A stretch of DNA of 55,293 bases, the filler included, from Platydemus manokwari (taxonomy: Eukaryota): NCBI GenBank assembly GCA_037951405.1. It is 5 parts of 5 records of this genome, joined end to end, with 100 filler letters (N's around TTAATTAATTAA, not from the genome) between each part and the next. Parts side by side here need not be neighbours in the genome. Positions count along the whole stretch, not along the records: positions 1 to 12,299 come from JBBMOY010204450.1; positions 12,400 to 21,804 come from JBBMOY011254318.1; 3 more parts are not named here. The stretch is one strand, 5' to 3'. Shown here piece by piece: positions 1 through 12,416 of this stretch (position 1 is the first letter of the stretch; every line of letters starts with the position of its first letter). The notes under the pieces were generated by a model. It did not search any database and was not told the origin of the DNA. It was given only the letters and a program-made list of their open reading frames with translations. A program made the position numbers and the translations under genes.

Positions 1-41
1 TAAGATCTTCAATTTAATATTTAAAAATGAAAAGCCAATTT

Positions 42-74
42 AAAAAAGGCCATTATTTTTGCACCAACCTAATA
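42..74. mobile_element. Mariner (Tc1/mariner) terminal inverted repeat with flanking TA; the element extends off the left edge
   Basis: The reverse complement reads TA-TTAGGTTGGTGCAAAAATAATGGCCTTTTTT, close to the Hsmar1/cecropia-type TIR TTAGGTTGGTGCAAAAGTAATTGCGGTTTT. Confidence 0.8.
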
Positions 75-2449
75 ATTGAAATCTAATTAGGCCATACTTC
101 TATTCAAATTTTATGCAACATGATCGAATGAAGATTAATAAATAATTGCAAAATAATTGCATTTCTATAATTCGATATTATGTCTAAGCACTCCAGAACT
201 GCACAGCTGTTGGAGTCAATATAATTTATCCTTATAAAATAGAATAATTCTTTGACTAAATTATTAGTTCTTACAACAAAAGAAAAATTATTGAAATTTT
301 ATATGGAAAATAGTACGAATGATTTTAACTATAATGCCAAGCAAGAGATATGATTTTATAAAGTAGAGAGAGATTTCAAAAAATAAAAGAAATTTTATAT
401 CTATAGAAATCGGAACAACACACAATGCCTGCCGGTTCGAAAAATTATTTATTGTAGCATAAATAAAAGATTCCATTACTTAAACAGTCTTTTAGAAAGA
501 GTATTGAATCTTTTAATGGCATTGTATCCAAAAAATTTGTTTCTCAATGAATTGTATTGTTATGTTTGAGGTTCTATTTTTTTATAATGATTATTATCAC
601 CATGGACTCCTAATGACTTTGCAGAAATCTTAATCAATCTCCGGAGTTTTGATCGCATTTGGCCTATATCGCTTCTAATACTCATATTAGGATGAGATGA
701 ACGGTGTTGGACAATGTATTTTTTTATAACTTAGTTATTTAACCTACTAAAATATTTCAATTTAGATATTCCTTTACTTGTCTATGGAATTAAATCTTGC
801 AATTGCTTCAATTATCATGACGCCAATCTTTCTTATTTTGTAATTACTACAACTAAAAGGGTGATGGATTGTTTATAGTGATCAGATATTACCAAAATGT
901 AAAATGAACCCTGTGTCACTAATATCAAAAGCGAATTGTCGTTTTATAAAAACTACGATTCACATTAAAAACGACACCAAATTTAATAATAAAACAATGA
1001 TTTTACAACAACAACTAATAAACACCGAAACACAGATATCCGGGCAAAATTCGTGAAAGATATGTTTAACAACCTCCATAGGGAAGAAAAACCTTTAATC
1101 AAGAATGAGTCTTACTCTATAGACAGGAAGAATATACAGTTTAAATAACTTGTGTTATATGAAAATATGGTTTCTTACTGATTTTTGAAATTTGACAGTA
1201 TAATACTGGGCACATAATTTCACAAAATTGGCTAGAATTGGCTATGATTTTCTGTATTGCAGCTACTTACTTCTTTTGTAAAATTGCAAGGTCTTATGTG
1301 TTGTTGATATATTTATACATTTCACATTAAGTGAGTTTTATTTTATAAAAATTCTTAAAAAATTTAAGATGGTCAGGATTTATTATTTAATATTTTATTG
1401 AAGTAATCGTAATTTTCCTTACTGTTAGTCCTCATATAGCTTTAATTATTATTTTTAACTCTTGACTGTTGCCATACCGATAATAATGTTGGATATTATT
1501 TACTCTATTTCTATTTAGTTTTGTCGAATATTTTTGTATAAGGGTTCTAAATAATTAAATGAAGTTAAGCTACTTTTTGAGAAATTCATATTTTTTTATT
1601 ATTGACTAATGAATAGATTTTTTCTTCCACGAATATTTTATTATTTTTACTATATTAATAACAAGGTAAATAAAATACATTAAAACAAAAGGATTATTAT
1701 GCCTTGTACATTCATACCACAACAAACACATAAAACATTTTCTCCAATCATTTTGCCCAATCTCCAGCAATCTAATGTTAGTTTAATTTAATGGTCAGCT
1801 TTATATTGATAGAATTAGTAAAACATATTTACCTTTCGGATGATAATTAGATTTCAATTTTGTTTGGATTTTGACATTTGTTGTTGCGATTCTTTGAAAG
1901 TGAAAAATAAATATTTATGTATAAACATTACGGCAATTTGATATCGATTAGCTTGATTAATGTGTTTATAAATAAAAATATTTTCGTGAATTCGTTCTTC
2001 GCAGGAACATTACAACCAAAAATAATAAACCAAATAATAATTGATTCAAACATAAAAATTCAATAAAATAATATATAATACAATAATTCGATATTTTATA
2101 AAACAAAAATGATTTTATAAAAAAATAATCAATAATCATTATAAATTAATATCTGGTGAAGAACAACAAATATGAAAAGTAAATCATAATGCAATAAATC
2201 ACTGTCAGTTGCAATACAGTCGCAAAATATAATGATTCCCAAAGATACTGATTGAGTCTACCAATTGTAAAGATCACAATAAATCACGGGTGATAATTTA
2301 ATGATAAAACAAGTTATCTCAAACATATACATAATAATAAATAATAAACAAAGTAATAGTCATGGTAAATACAAATGAATATTTTAAAAACAGTATCAAA
2401 CAGCTGAATATTAAAACAAAGAATCACATAAATCTTCCTAGCTCAAGGT

Positions 2450-3780
2450 GCATTTAATCAAACTGAACATAATAGCATTTGGAAATGAAATCTCCTCTTG
2501 ACGTCCTGAACTAAAATATTCTGTTGGGGTCTGTCCAACTTTCTATCCAAATTCAATTTATCGATGTCCTTTTTTTCCGAAATGCGTTATATGCACCTTT
2601 TTAGCTCCCCCCATCCAGAATTGGTATGTACAATTTCCATTACAATGCCCTAGCGTACGTTCGGAGACTGACCTTTTTTCAAAAATGCAAAAAAAATATC
2701 AAATCTTAGCAAGCAGCGTTAATCGAAAATTCAATTCTTGGTAGAAATTCAAAAAGGTTTTGCTCACTGCATGCATCTAATGGGTGAAGTAACTGTCGTG
2801 TCTATAACTATGGGAATGAGTAATTCTGTCAATCAGTTTGATTTTCATGATGAGACGAACTAAACCTCTAACAAATATTGAATTTAGAACATTCTTTTAT
2901 AATAAATTGGTCTTCAAACTGTTTAACCTTATCTGTAAAAATGATTTTTGTATACTTTGTTCTGCTTTAAAAAATTGTCATTTTCGCACAATTACCTTTA
3001 TGCTGTTGGCTCATAGAAATTGTCTTGTATATACTGGAATGTCTTCTTAATTTCTAAGTTATTCCTCTTTTTTGGTATATATCTATAAATCATCGAGGGA
3101 AACAACAACCTCTTCGAAAAATAAGCCATCCAGTTGACGATACACCATTTAAAACATGGTTGGTGACGTAGCCAACTCAAACTGATGTCTGTTAAAAAAT
3201 TATAAAATATTTTTGCTAAAATCTGTAACATTCTGTGAATCTTCGTCATAGTCAACTTGGTAGTACGCTTGTTTGAGAAAATCTTTGCTTCAGCTAAACA
3301 GTCTGTAAGCATATGAATGCCATCTTCATGATTCCATTTGGATTACGAAAATCCAGACACATACGAATTAATTCATCATTTTTCCTCGACAATAACCAGT
3401 GACGAATTCCATGGGTTCTTACATGGCCTAATCACTAATATCGCAACAAATCCGATACTAATTCTTTTCCCTCTCCATGTGCATCGGTTCTCTCTTGGGA
3501 TTTTGTGATATTGAAGCTCCTGTAATTTCGATCTCGTGACAAACTAATGTGTTTCTTCCCAAATCAAATTTTGACATCATAAAGATCCGAGCATTTTGCT
3601 TGATTAATTTACCAAGCTGATTTCCTTTGTTCTCTTGACACACTCTAAATGAGGTCATCATCCTAAAATTCTGCTTTTGTTTAATGTAATCAATTGCATT
3701 GATATCTGCTAGTTCCATGGAGTAATGAAGAGAAAATACATAATTCCTCAATTTGGCACAATTTCTTCGTCGTTGTCTGC
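2450..3780 (-). mobile_element. Degenerate Ty3/gypsy pol remnant (RT N-terminus and downstream fragments)
   Basis: Minus-strand fragments 'KFDLGRNTLVCHEIEITGASISQNPKREPMHME', 'VIRPCKNPWNSSLVIV..K..ELIRMCLDFR' and 'LTDCLAEAKIFS' match the gypsy RT N-terminus. Many stops and frameshifts; boundaries approximate. Confidence 0.8.
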
Positions 3781-5613
3781 TTACAAAACATGATCTTGTT
3801 TAATAATAATAATAAAAAAAATCGAAAGACTCCCAAACGTATCAAAATCCAATCAATGAACTCCTAAATCATAGCTTCACCTTTGATTGGAATTTACAGT
3901 ATTTAGTAAATTAATAAATATATTAAATTAAAATAAAAATTAATCTAATTATGAATCGATATTTTTAAATTAATATTACAAAATTACTCGATAATATAAT
4001 TGATTGATATGCATCGACATCATTTTTATTGATACAATTGAAATTTGACAAATTTGGAATGAGAGAATCTCAATGGTTTCCTATGATTATAAAGATTAGA
4101 AACGTTGCCAAAAGAGGCATAAATTTAAATATCAAAAATAAGAAATTATGGTGAATTTAATTCGATTAAGACAAATCAGTTTGTCAAAACGTGTACATCA
4201 GTTAGGATGAAAGAATTGCAATTCAATCAGTCCCTTTGATCTGTTGCTGTCAGATGAAACTAGAATATTGTGGAAAAACTTCATTATGAAAGGAAAAACA
4301 GAGAACAATGTGAATTACCCATTGAAGCTAAAGTATATCCATGTATGCTTGTAATATTCCACGCAGCATAACGATATAAGGCGATGGAAGTGTAGGTCGT
4401 TCGATCTAAATAATACGCTGATATCTTAAACCATTTCTAACATCTAAAATCCGGGAAACTTATTTTCTTCACGGAAATTTTAATTGGTACAACGATAGGA
4501 CATCTAAATATTAATGGGAATCAATTGAATTTTGAGGTATGGAAATAATATTATTTCTCTAAATGCATGAGGAGTGGCACAAAAATCCATGAATTATCAC
4601 TCCATTAAAACAAGAGTAAAAAGTCGAAATAGTTATTGCAAAACTTATTCAATCGGCTTAAATCGTAATCCAAGAACAATTCAGGTTGTTTCTGATTTTA
4701 AAAGTACATTTTCTTTTCAAAAAGCCAAAACAATTCAAAATAGAAAATACAAAAATTACATGGTAAAACGGTTTTTTTCCAAAATTTCTCTTTGCATATG
4801 AAAATTAACCACAAAAGGTGTTCGTTGCCACTCTGTTGTTATTTTAAGGGCATTTATCAATGAGTTTTTTTTTAATATTTTTGATTTTAAACTTGTTGCG
4901 GACATGGATTCTCTTGCATTGGATTCATCTAGCAACGCAAAACCACCACAAGTCTGTCTTTATTAGTGGGTCAAAGAAATCTTATAACTGTATTTGCGAT
5001 GTATTCGGCTGAATAATCTTTGCTAATTTTTAAAATTTATACATAATTATCGAATTTCCGATCATGTTATATCACGAGATTATGAGTTCTACCAATAAAA
5101 TGCCAATTCTAATCGTGTCATTCAAAACGGAGCTCTCTTATCTTTGCTAAATTTGAACTCCACATTTTCGATAGAATTTTCAATTTCTTCTGATCATAAA
5201 GCGAAAAATTTAGTTTTTCATCGAATTGATTACATCAGATTCATTTTTCATTCTACTCAATAAGCATAAAATCGCGAACTCCCTTTGATATTCGACAAAT
5301 CAATATTAGATAGTGAAAGTACACTGATAAGGATATCGACTTTACTGTTATAGCATTTCACAGTGTTGCGATATCCCTCCAGATACCTGCTGAAAATAGT
5401 TATTGTTTCAATCATTGTTCACAGTGTTTTAACATCTACATTTTGTTTTATTGAACTGTTTAAAGGAAAGCAAAGAGATGTCTGTAACTGGATTTTTTTA
5501 ATTTATAATTTTAATTTTTTTTAAAATTATCAATATTTTTATCGATTACTTTCTTATATTTTAAATTATCGATATATTTGTTTAGATATTATTGAATAAA
5601 AATAATCGATGTA

Positions 5614-7194
5614 ATGTCTTATTGTAATATTTGTTATGAAGATGAAAACACGGAACTGGATAATTTAATCAAATATCAATGCAATCATGAATATTGTAGA
5701 CAATGCACTGAAATAATCATTGATAATAGTATTGCTACGGATGATATTGATAATAATAATGATCACAATTATCCGAAATGCCCTCTGGATTTGATACCGA
5801 TTGCAAACATTAGTGACCAAAACCAAAACAAATCCATCGGTGAATATACATGGGATATTTGGAATAAATACAAATCATCACGATTCGTTAAAATTGAAAA
5901 TTACTGGTCTCAAACGATTCAATGTGTCATTGAAGTGATGAAATTAAATATTCTCAATCTAAATAAAGATGATGTAATAACTGGAATTTGTGCTTCGAAA
6001 ATTAATATATCTGAAAAATTGATCGAAATCAATGGATCGACATCTAAAACAACCAATCTAATAGAGATACTCAACAGAAAAATCAGAACGATAAAGAATT
6101 TCATTTTGGATAAAGACGCACCAGAAGAGCTTTTCCATGCTATAAAATTGTTGAAAAGATATCCACCAACACAAATCGAACCTTTTTATTGTAATGTATT
6201 GAAAAGCTATTTCATTACGGCCGATGGTATTTTAGATGAACTGCAGAAGAGTGTAACATATATATTGGATGAACCCAGGAAAGCAAAATTGATTAATCAT
6301 TTTGAGGAGAAATTGAAATATTTCACTGGTGTGGCTTTATCTCATTTGAGTAATAACAGAAATATTTATCGACTGGTCAATGACCAAGAAATCAATATCG
6401 ATCAATGTTTGATATGCTTCTCATTGATCAATGAAAAGATTTTCGCCACATTTGCTCGATGTCAACACAAAATATGTATGGATTGCATTGAATTGTGCTT
6501 GATAATGCACGGTAGCTGTCCCTTTGATCCAACAGAAATTTTAACTTTGCAAATATCCGACAATGACGAATCGATCCTTTCGTATTTATCTCGTAATTAT
6601 GAAGACATTGCCAGTAAATTTTTCAAAACGTATATTAATGAAAATATTGAATCGATGAATAGGTTGTTAGAGCTACACACAAACATGCCAGATTTGATTG
6701 GTCAATTGATTAATTTGAAAACTCCAATCAAATTTCTTTCGAAAAATGAAGCTCTTTTAGAAGACATCAAAAATGAAAAATTATATAATCCTTATCAAAC
6801 GAAATGTAAACTTGAGTATGATCAGTTTTTCCTGCGTATCTCTATATTGGAAGAATATCTGTCTGGATCCAATGTGGAGATGTTCATCCATAAAATAAGA
6901 TCCGATTTTTGCGATATCAATAACCAAATTAAAATCAAATGCGATCGGATCATACATTGTTATAATTTATTGATAGAAAGGCTTTCAAAGTTTCCCAAAA
7001 GTTACAAGGAAGACGTTAGATGTTTTTTATTGGAATATGAAGAGAATTGTAAAAGCATTTTAGCTTACGAAATGAAAATAGATGGAAATAAATATTGCGT
7101 CGACATTTTCAAACTCATTCTAAAGCTACAAAACATTTTGGGAGTTCAAAGGAAAATTCTTATCAAATACTTTCCTACTGTGAGTAGAGGTTGA
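5614..7194 (+). CDS. Intronless 526-aa protein with two RING-HC-like zinc fingers (putative E3 ubiquitin ligase)
   Basis: Uninterrupted 1.58-kb ORF. RING1 CNIC..CNHEYCRQC..CPLD at the N-terminus; RING2 CLIC..CQHKICMDC..CPFD at about aa 265-305. Confidence 0.85.
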   Translation: MSYCNICYEDENTELDNLIKYQCNHEYCRQCTEIIIDNSIATDDIDNNNDHNYPKCPLDLIPIANISDQNQNKSIGEYTWDIWNKYKSSRFVKIENYWSQTIQCVIEVMKLNILNLNKDDVITGICASKINISEKLIEINGSTSKTTNLIEILNRKIRTIKNFILDKDAPEELFHAIKLLKRYPPTQIEPFYCNVLKSYFITADGILDELQKSVTYILDEPRKAKLINHFEEKLKYFTGVALSHLSNNRNIYRLVNDQEINIDQCLICFSLINEKIFATFARCQHKICMDCIELCLIMHGSCPFDPTEILTLQISDNDESILSYLSRNYEDIASKFFKTYINENIESMNRLLELHTNMPDLIGQLINLKTPIKFLSKNEALLEDIKNEKLYNPYQTKCKLEYDQFFLRISILEEYLSGSNVEMFIHKIRSDFCDINNQIKIKCDRIIHCYNLLIERLSKFPKSYKEDVRCFLLEYEENCKSILAYEMKIDGNKYCVDIFKLILKLQNILGVQRKILIKYFPTVSRG

Positions 7195-8004
7195 AATTCC
7201 AATGTGACATTGTATTGAAAGGAGCAATGGGCTTGTAGCAAAGAAGATTTGTAATCTAATATAGCTTTATTATTATATATGTTTTTATATTCAGTTCTTC
7301 TGACTTGCTGGTATTTTATTTTATCAGATATAAATTGAGGAGTTCGAATTTGAGTAACACCTGTTTAGTTTAAAATTTTGCTATCGTTTTATTTGCTCTT
7401 AATAATGTTTTGATATGTGTGGCGATGAAAAATTTTAAAAGCAGCTAAATTCTATCAGAAAAACGGCAATCACAATTTAATGTCGACTCAATGTTTTGAG
7501 CATAAATATCTCGGTTATCCGGTTTCATAAGGCGCAGTAATAACTCATAAGACCTCCAATAAAACCATTAATGGCTTGATACGACTTCATCCATCATCAA
7601 TTAAATATAAATAAATACTTTGATTGTTAATTTTTATATTCATCTCCCAATGTTTTCCTCTAGAATTGTTACACCTCAACTTTAAGATAGAAACAAGAAG
7701 ACAGATCAATAAATCTTAAAATTTTATGTAGCAATAAATTTTTTGATATGTAATTTTATTTTATAGGTTTTTTATCATTTCATGAAAGTTGATTTATTAA
7801 TATAATGATGTGAATGTCCCACATTTTATGAAAAAATATAATTCTAATCCAAATTGTTATTCTAATCACAGCTCTTCTGCAACGTTTATTGGAATTTTTA
7901 AAATTATATATTTTTTCGATTTCAAATCCTAACATGTCGGGATATTTAGAATTAATTGATTTTATCAAATAACTGTTAAAATTTCGAGTATCACTCAATT
8001 TTCT

Positions 8005-8235
8005 TCTTATAATAAAAAGGTGACCTAGTTAATTTTTAGTAAATTGCAATTTGACCTACTTTTACATGCTTTACACATAATTAATTTTGAGACTTTGAAA
8101 TTCAAGTCTGCTTCATATTTGATTTCAAACAACTAAAATTCTTCTCAAGTACTTAAATGAAAAATTCAAAATGTTTTTAAAGCATATAATTAAATAAACT
8201 ATATCGACTTTTGCAAATACACTCAACAAATTTCA
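8005..8235 (+). repeat. Dispersed repeat (probable non-autonomous transposon fragment), copy 1
   Basis: Aligns by eye with the reverse complement of about 15780-16010 (shared ctcaagtacttaaat.aaaaattcaaaatgtt and aattgca.tttga.ctacttt). Confidence 0.65.
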
Positions 8236-9408
8236 CTTTACGGACACTTTTCTTAACTTTAGCCAAAATTATAAATACATCGAGTACTTAAAGATTTATC
8301 AGCACACATTTGCTGTTTTAGTTGCTGGATAATTCAGTATTATTTTTATAATAGATTTCTAGTTTAGTTTATAATTTGAAATGTAGCTCAAAAATTCATA
8401 TCCCAGCAAATAATAAAATAATTTTTAACTTATTGATGGAAGGGGCATATTTATCACATTTCACAGTCTTTAGTAAATTAATAAATTCAATGTTCTCTTT
8501 AATTACAATCAACTACATTTATAAAAAACTCAATTCCAAAATTGAAAACTATCGTTAGATCACTATATTTCCTGTTACATCACAAAAATCCTTGAAAAAA
8601 CAATTCGTTAATTATGGTACATTTATAAAAACATCACAGCGTCAATTTTGGTTGGCATTGAAAAAATAATTTTGTTTCAGCTGAAATTTTATTTACTAAT
8701 CCTCATCTCGAAATGGAACTGCCGATTCATCTTCTTCATTTTTGGAATTCATGCGAATATTCGACTTTCGTTGATTTGTGTCTTTTAAAGTAAAATATTT
8801 ATTGATAAACCTTTACAATTTTAATTAAAAAATCAAATCAGAATACACCAGTCGACATTTTATTAATAATAAAGATTTATTAAAATGAAACAAACTGAAT
8901 AAATATTCGATAAATTAATAAATCAATAAATAGAAAAATAAATATTTATTAATAATCAATTCTTATCAAATTATCATCTATAATTAATGATTGAAAGAGT
9001 AGATATATTATGATGGGTTTCCATTAATATCAATAAAGGGGTAATTAATCAATACCTACAACATAAATATAACCAGATATTAATAGAAACAGATTCAATC
9101 AAATATATTGATATTTATTGATTGGTGTAATTTTATTATTTCAAGTAATAAATTAAAAAAGTATTATAGCGGAGAAAATTTGTAAAATCAGATGATTGGA
9201 AAATAATGTAAGAGGATTTGTTTGTATTATGATTGGAAAATCAATTAGGAAATAAATTACTTTTCGTTGAATATCTCGATTTGAATTTGGAATTGCTCAA
9301 CAAATCGGTATTTAATTTTGAAGACGGTCTGGAAACCAGCGAAGAATATTTTTCAATGACAAAAGTATACACTTTATCTCGATTATCCTAAATAATACTG
9401 CTTTAGGA

Positions 9409-9646
9409 NNNNNNNNNNNNNNNNNNNNNNNNNNNNNNNNNNNNNNNNNNNNNNNNNNNNNNNNNNNNNNNNNNNNNNNNNNNNNNNNNNNNNNNNNNNN
9501 NNNNNNNNNNNNNNNNNNNNNNNNNNNNNNNNNNNNNNNNNNNNNNNNNNNNNNNNNNNNNNNNNNNNNNNNNNNNNNNNNNNNNNNNNNNNNNNNNNNN
9601 NNNNNNNNNNNNNNNNNNNNNNNNNNNNNNNNNNNNNNNNNNNNNN
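9409..9646. other. Scaffold gap (N run without linker)
   Basis: Run of N with no TTAATTAATTAA core. Confidence 0.95.
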
Positions 9647-10413
9647 CGTCAGTAATTCTATTTACATTTTGATGGATTAACTAAAATTTTCCAACAATTC
9701 TGCACCCTTTAAATTTGTAAAATATAAATATGAAAGTTATACAATATTGCCATTTCATAAAAAAATTTTATTTGATAAAGTCTCAATCTGTCATTTATTC
9801 AATTAATCATCTTAAGATTCGAATAATAATAACACCCTTTTTTCTTTGTGAAAATTCTTGATAATGTATGACAAAATATAGTAATGTCTCATTCATTTTC
9901 GGAGCTTATCGTCTCAGATTTCATGACAGTTCTTGACTGCTTATTAAGTTCTTAGATTTTAATTTCATAATTTTCTTAACTTTTTAATAAATATTTGCAA
10001 GGATGTTTTAATTAAAATTTATATTTAATTACTATTAGGAAAACATAAATATTTGTTATTGTCAGACATTCATTTTAAAATAGCATATATAACAATAATA
10101 TATCTCTAAATTATTTAAATTATCTTGTTTGTAATAAATATTTTTAGATTTAAAAAGCAAACGTCAATTTCAAATAAAATAACTATTTATATAATTAAAA
10201 ATCTTATGGCATTTAAGTTTTGAACATAATTCAGCTTCCAATACTTGACCCTGATAATGTAATTGAAAATCTTAATTGCAGAAATGTATTCCATAGGTAA
10301 ATTATAGTGATCCAGATATAGCAGATCATCTAAAAATATTTTAAAAAATATCTAATGATATAATAACAAAGAGAAAATCAAGAAATAAAAAACAATAACA
10401 GAANNNNNNNNNN

Positions 10414-10578
10414 AGAGGAAATTTTACAGAAAATGGATGAAAGACGATTGGCAAAAAACACTAATAAATATAAGTCTTTTGACAAAATGATAAGACAAAT
10501 GTGTAGACAAAAAAAAGAGCAATGGTTAAATCAGAAGTGTCAAGAAATAAAAAACAATAACAGAAACGTAGAATAAAA
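10414..10578 (+). mobile_element. RTE-like LINE fragment (endonuclease-RT linker region)
   Basis: Translates as EEILQKMDERRLAKNTNKYKSFDKMIRQMCRQKKEQWLNQKCQEIK, the typical helical linker of RTE/BovB-like ORF2. It sits next to a 10-N gap. Confidence 0.65.
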
Positions 10579-11480
10579 ACAAAAAATAATTAATTTAGAA
10601 TTGAAATAGGTGTTGTAAACTCAAATAATATAGAACAAAAAACACGGTAGCATGACTCGTCATAAATTCAAAGAAAAGAAGAGAATGTCGTATTTGTGTT
10701 ACCAATTAAATAGGTCATTGGACTGGAGAACATGTATCTACACTAATTGGTCATAAAAGAAAAGTATAAAAAATCGTCTATTCAATCAGTAGTACGCAGT
10801 TATAAATCTGACACAAGTTTGATTTTAGTAAAAAAATCATTATTGCATTTTGCAAAAGAATTTTTTGATAAAACTATTTTGGTCATATTTTTAGATATTT
10901 GAAATAATTTTTTAATTATGTCTAAATTATTCCATGAATGATATTTTTTATATTATTAATTAGCACGCGCATGATTAATAATTAATCATGAGACCTTATC
11001 TCAAATATTATAAGTAATAAATACACATTAATGCACACAACTTCACTTTTATTTGAGAGGCACCCATGATCAATTAGTCAACATGCGCTACATAGATTTC
11101 TTGAGAGTACTACACTATCAGTGTCCAAAATAATTAAAGTGCATCTTGAGTGTTATAAATTAAGTTTTTAATTTAGGAATTGTAAAAATCTTTCAGATAG
11201 TAATATAAGAAATTATTTTATAATCTTTTAATAATTAGAAATTCTAAAGTTATCCATAATTAAATACTTCTAAATTAGTGATTAATGTTCATTTTAGCAT
11301 TAAAAAATAAATATTCTAAAATATTATAAATTAAAAATTTGAAAATAAATGGTAAAGGTCTTAATATATAATTCAGATATTAAATCATTTCATGTTAATT
11401 ATTATAAAATTTCTTTAAAGATGAATTAATATGTTTGTTGTTTAAATATTTTAGTTCTGGTGAAAACAAATTGCATATTA

Positions 11481-11494
11481 GCGTCCATAGTTAC
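11481..11494. promoter_or_regulatory. RFX X-box upstream of DYNC2H1
   Basis: GCGTCCATAGTTAC (reverse complement GTAACTATGGACGC) fits the X-box palindrome and lies 37 nt before the ATG of a ciliary gene. Confidence 0.65.
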
Positions 11495-11530
11495 ATTTAG
11501 ATTAATTAACAATTAAATCAGATTTATAAG

Positions 11531-12090
11531 ATGTCAAAAATCGAGGATCAAAGAAAAGATTCTATATTTCTTATCATAAAATCACATTTCCCAAATCAAA
11601 ATTCTAAAGCGAGTAATGAAGAATGCTTAGATCGTTTTCTCGATAATTTGGATAACAGTGTTTTAGTTGTTAATTCCCATGACAATAAAATTACTTTTTC
11701 TAATCAAGTAACTTAATGCTTTGAATTACTTTCATTATTTAACTATCGATAGCTTGATAAATCTGGTGATGCGTTGAATGCCTTGGTTTTTATAAAAACT
11801 AGTCCCTCTCTAATTACACCGAATAATATTAATTCTGGAATTATTGTCACAACATTATCCGAAAACCCTTTATCATCATTGTACAATATAATACAGAATA
11901 TTTACGGTCCGATTCTTCTTTCGGTAAAGATAATGTTTTTGTATTAATTAAACTAATTTTTTTCATTATAAGGATGCAGATCCAAAAATTCAAAAATTGA
12001 TAAGTGAGTTAGAGAATGGTCTAGGAAGCATTGTAAGAAAACCAGCATCAAGAAAATCAAGGTCCCAGAATGACGAAACGATTGTTTTAG
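11531..12090 (+). CDS. DYNC2H1: Cytoplasmic dynein-2 heavy chain 1, exons 1-3 (3' partial, cut by contig end)
   Basis: Exons 11531-11707, 11753-11923, 11973-12090 with GT-AG introns give ..DQRKDSIF..RFLDN..ITFSNQ/..ALVFIKTSPSLITPNNI..ENPLSSLYNIIQNIYGPILLS/DADPKIQKLISELENGLGSIVRK, matching the DYNC2H1 N-terminus (DPKLQNLLSELEAGLG). Confidence 0.88.
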
Positions 12091-12299
12091 GTAATTTATT
12101 CTTTAAATATTGATTATCGAAATTAAAAAAATAAAATATTTGAAATTTATTTATTAAAAAAATATATATATTGTCTTAATCAATTACTTATTCTTATTTA
12201 TCGGTATCAAATCTAATTTTCAATTTAAAAAAGAGTTTGGTGTTGTAGTTTCTGGTACGTAACTCTAGAGTTACTATGTGACAAAACATAAATATTTTG

Positions 12300-12399
12300 N
12301 NNNNNNNNNNNNNNNNNNNNNNNNNNNNNNNNNNNNNNNNNNNTTAATTAATTAANNNNNNNNNNNNNNNNNNNNNNNNNNNNNNNNNNNNNNNNNNNN
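12300..12399. other. Artificial contig linker N44-TTAATTAATTAA-N44
   Basis: Six-frame stop core at 12344-12355; the spacer is exactly 100 nt. Confidence 0.97.
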
Positions 12400-12416
12400 A
12401 TATTATTGATTTCTAG

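Noticed and set aside
8697-8790. Minus-strand MNSKNEEDESAVPFRDED* as a terminal exon
   Set aside because: Too short, with no recognisable homology or linked exons.
12344-12355. TTAATTAATTAA as a biological repeat or regulatory motif
   Set aside because: It is always centred in 44+44 Ns and is a standard six-frame stop spacer.
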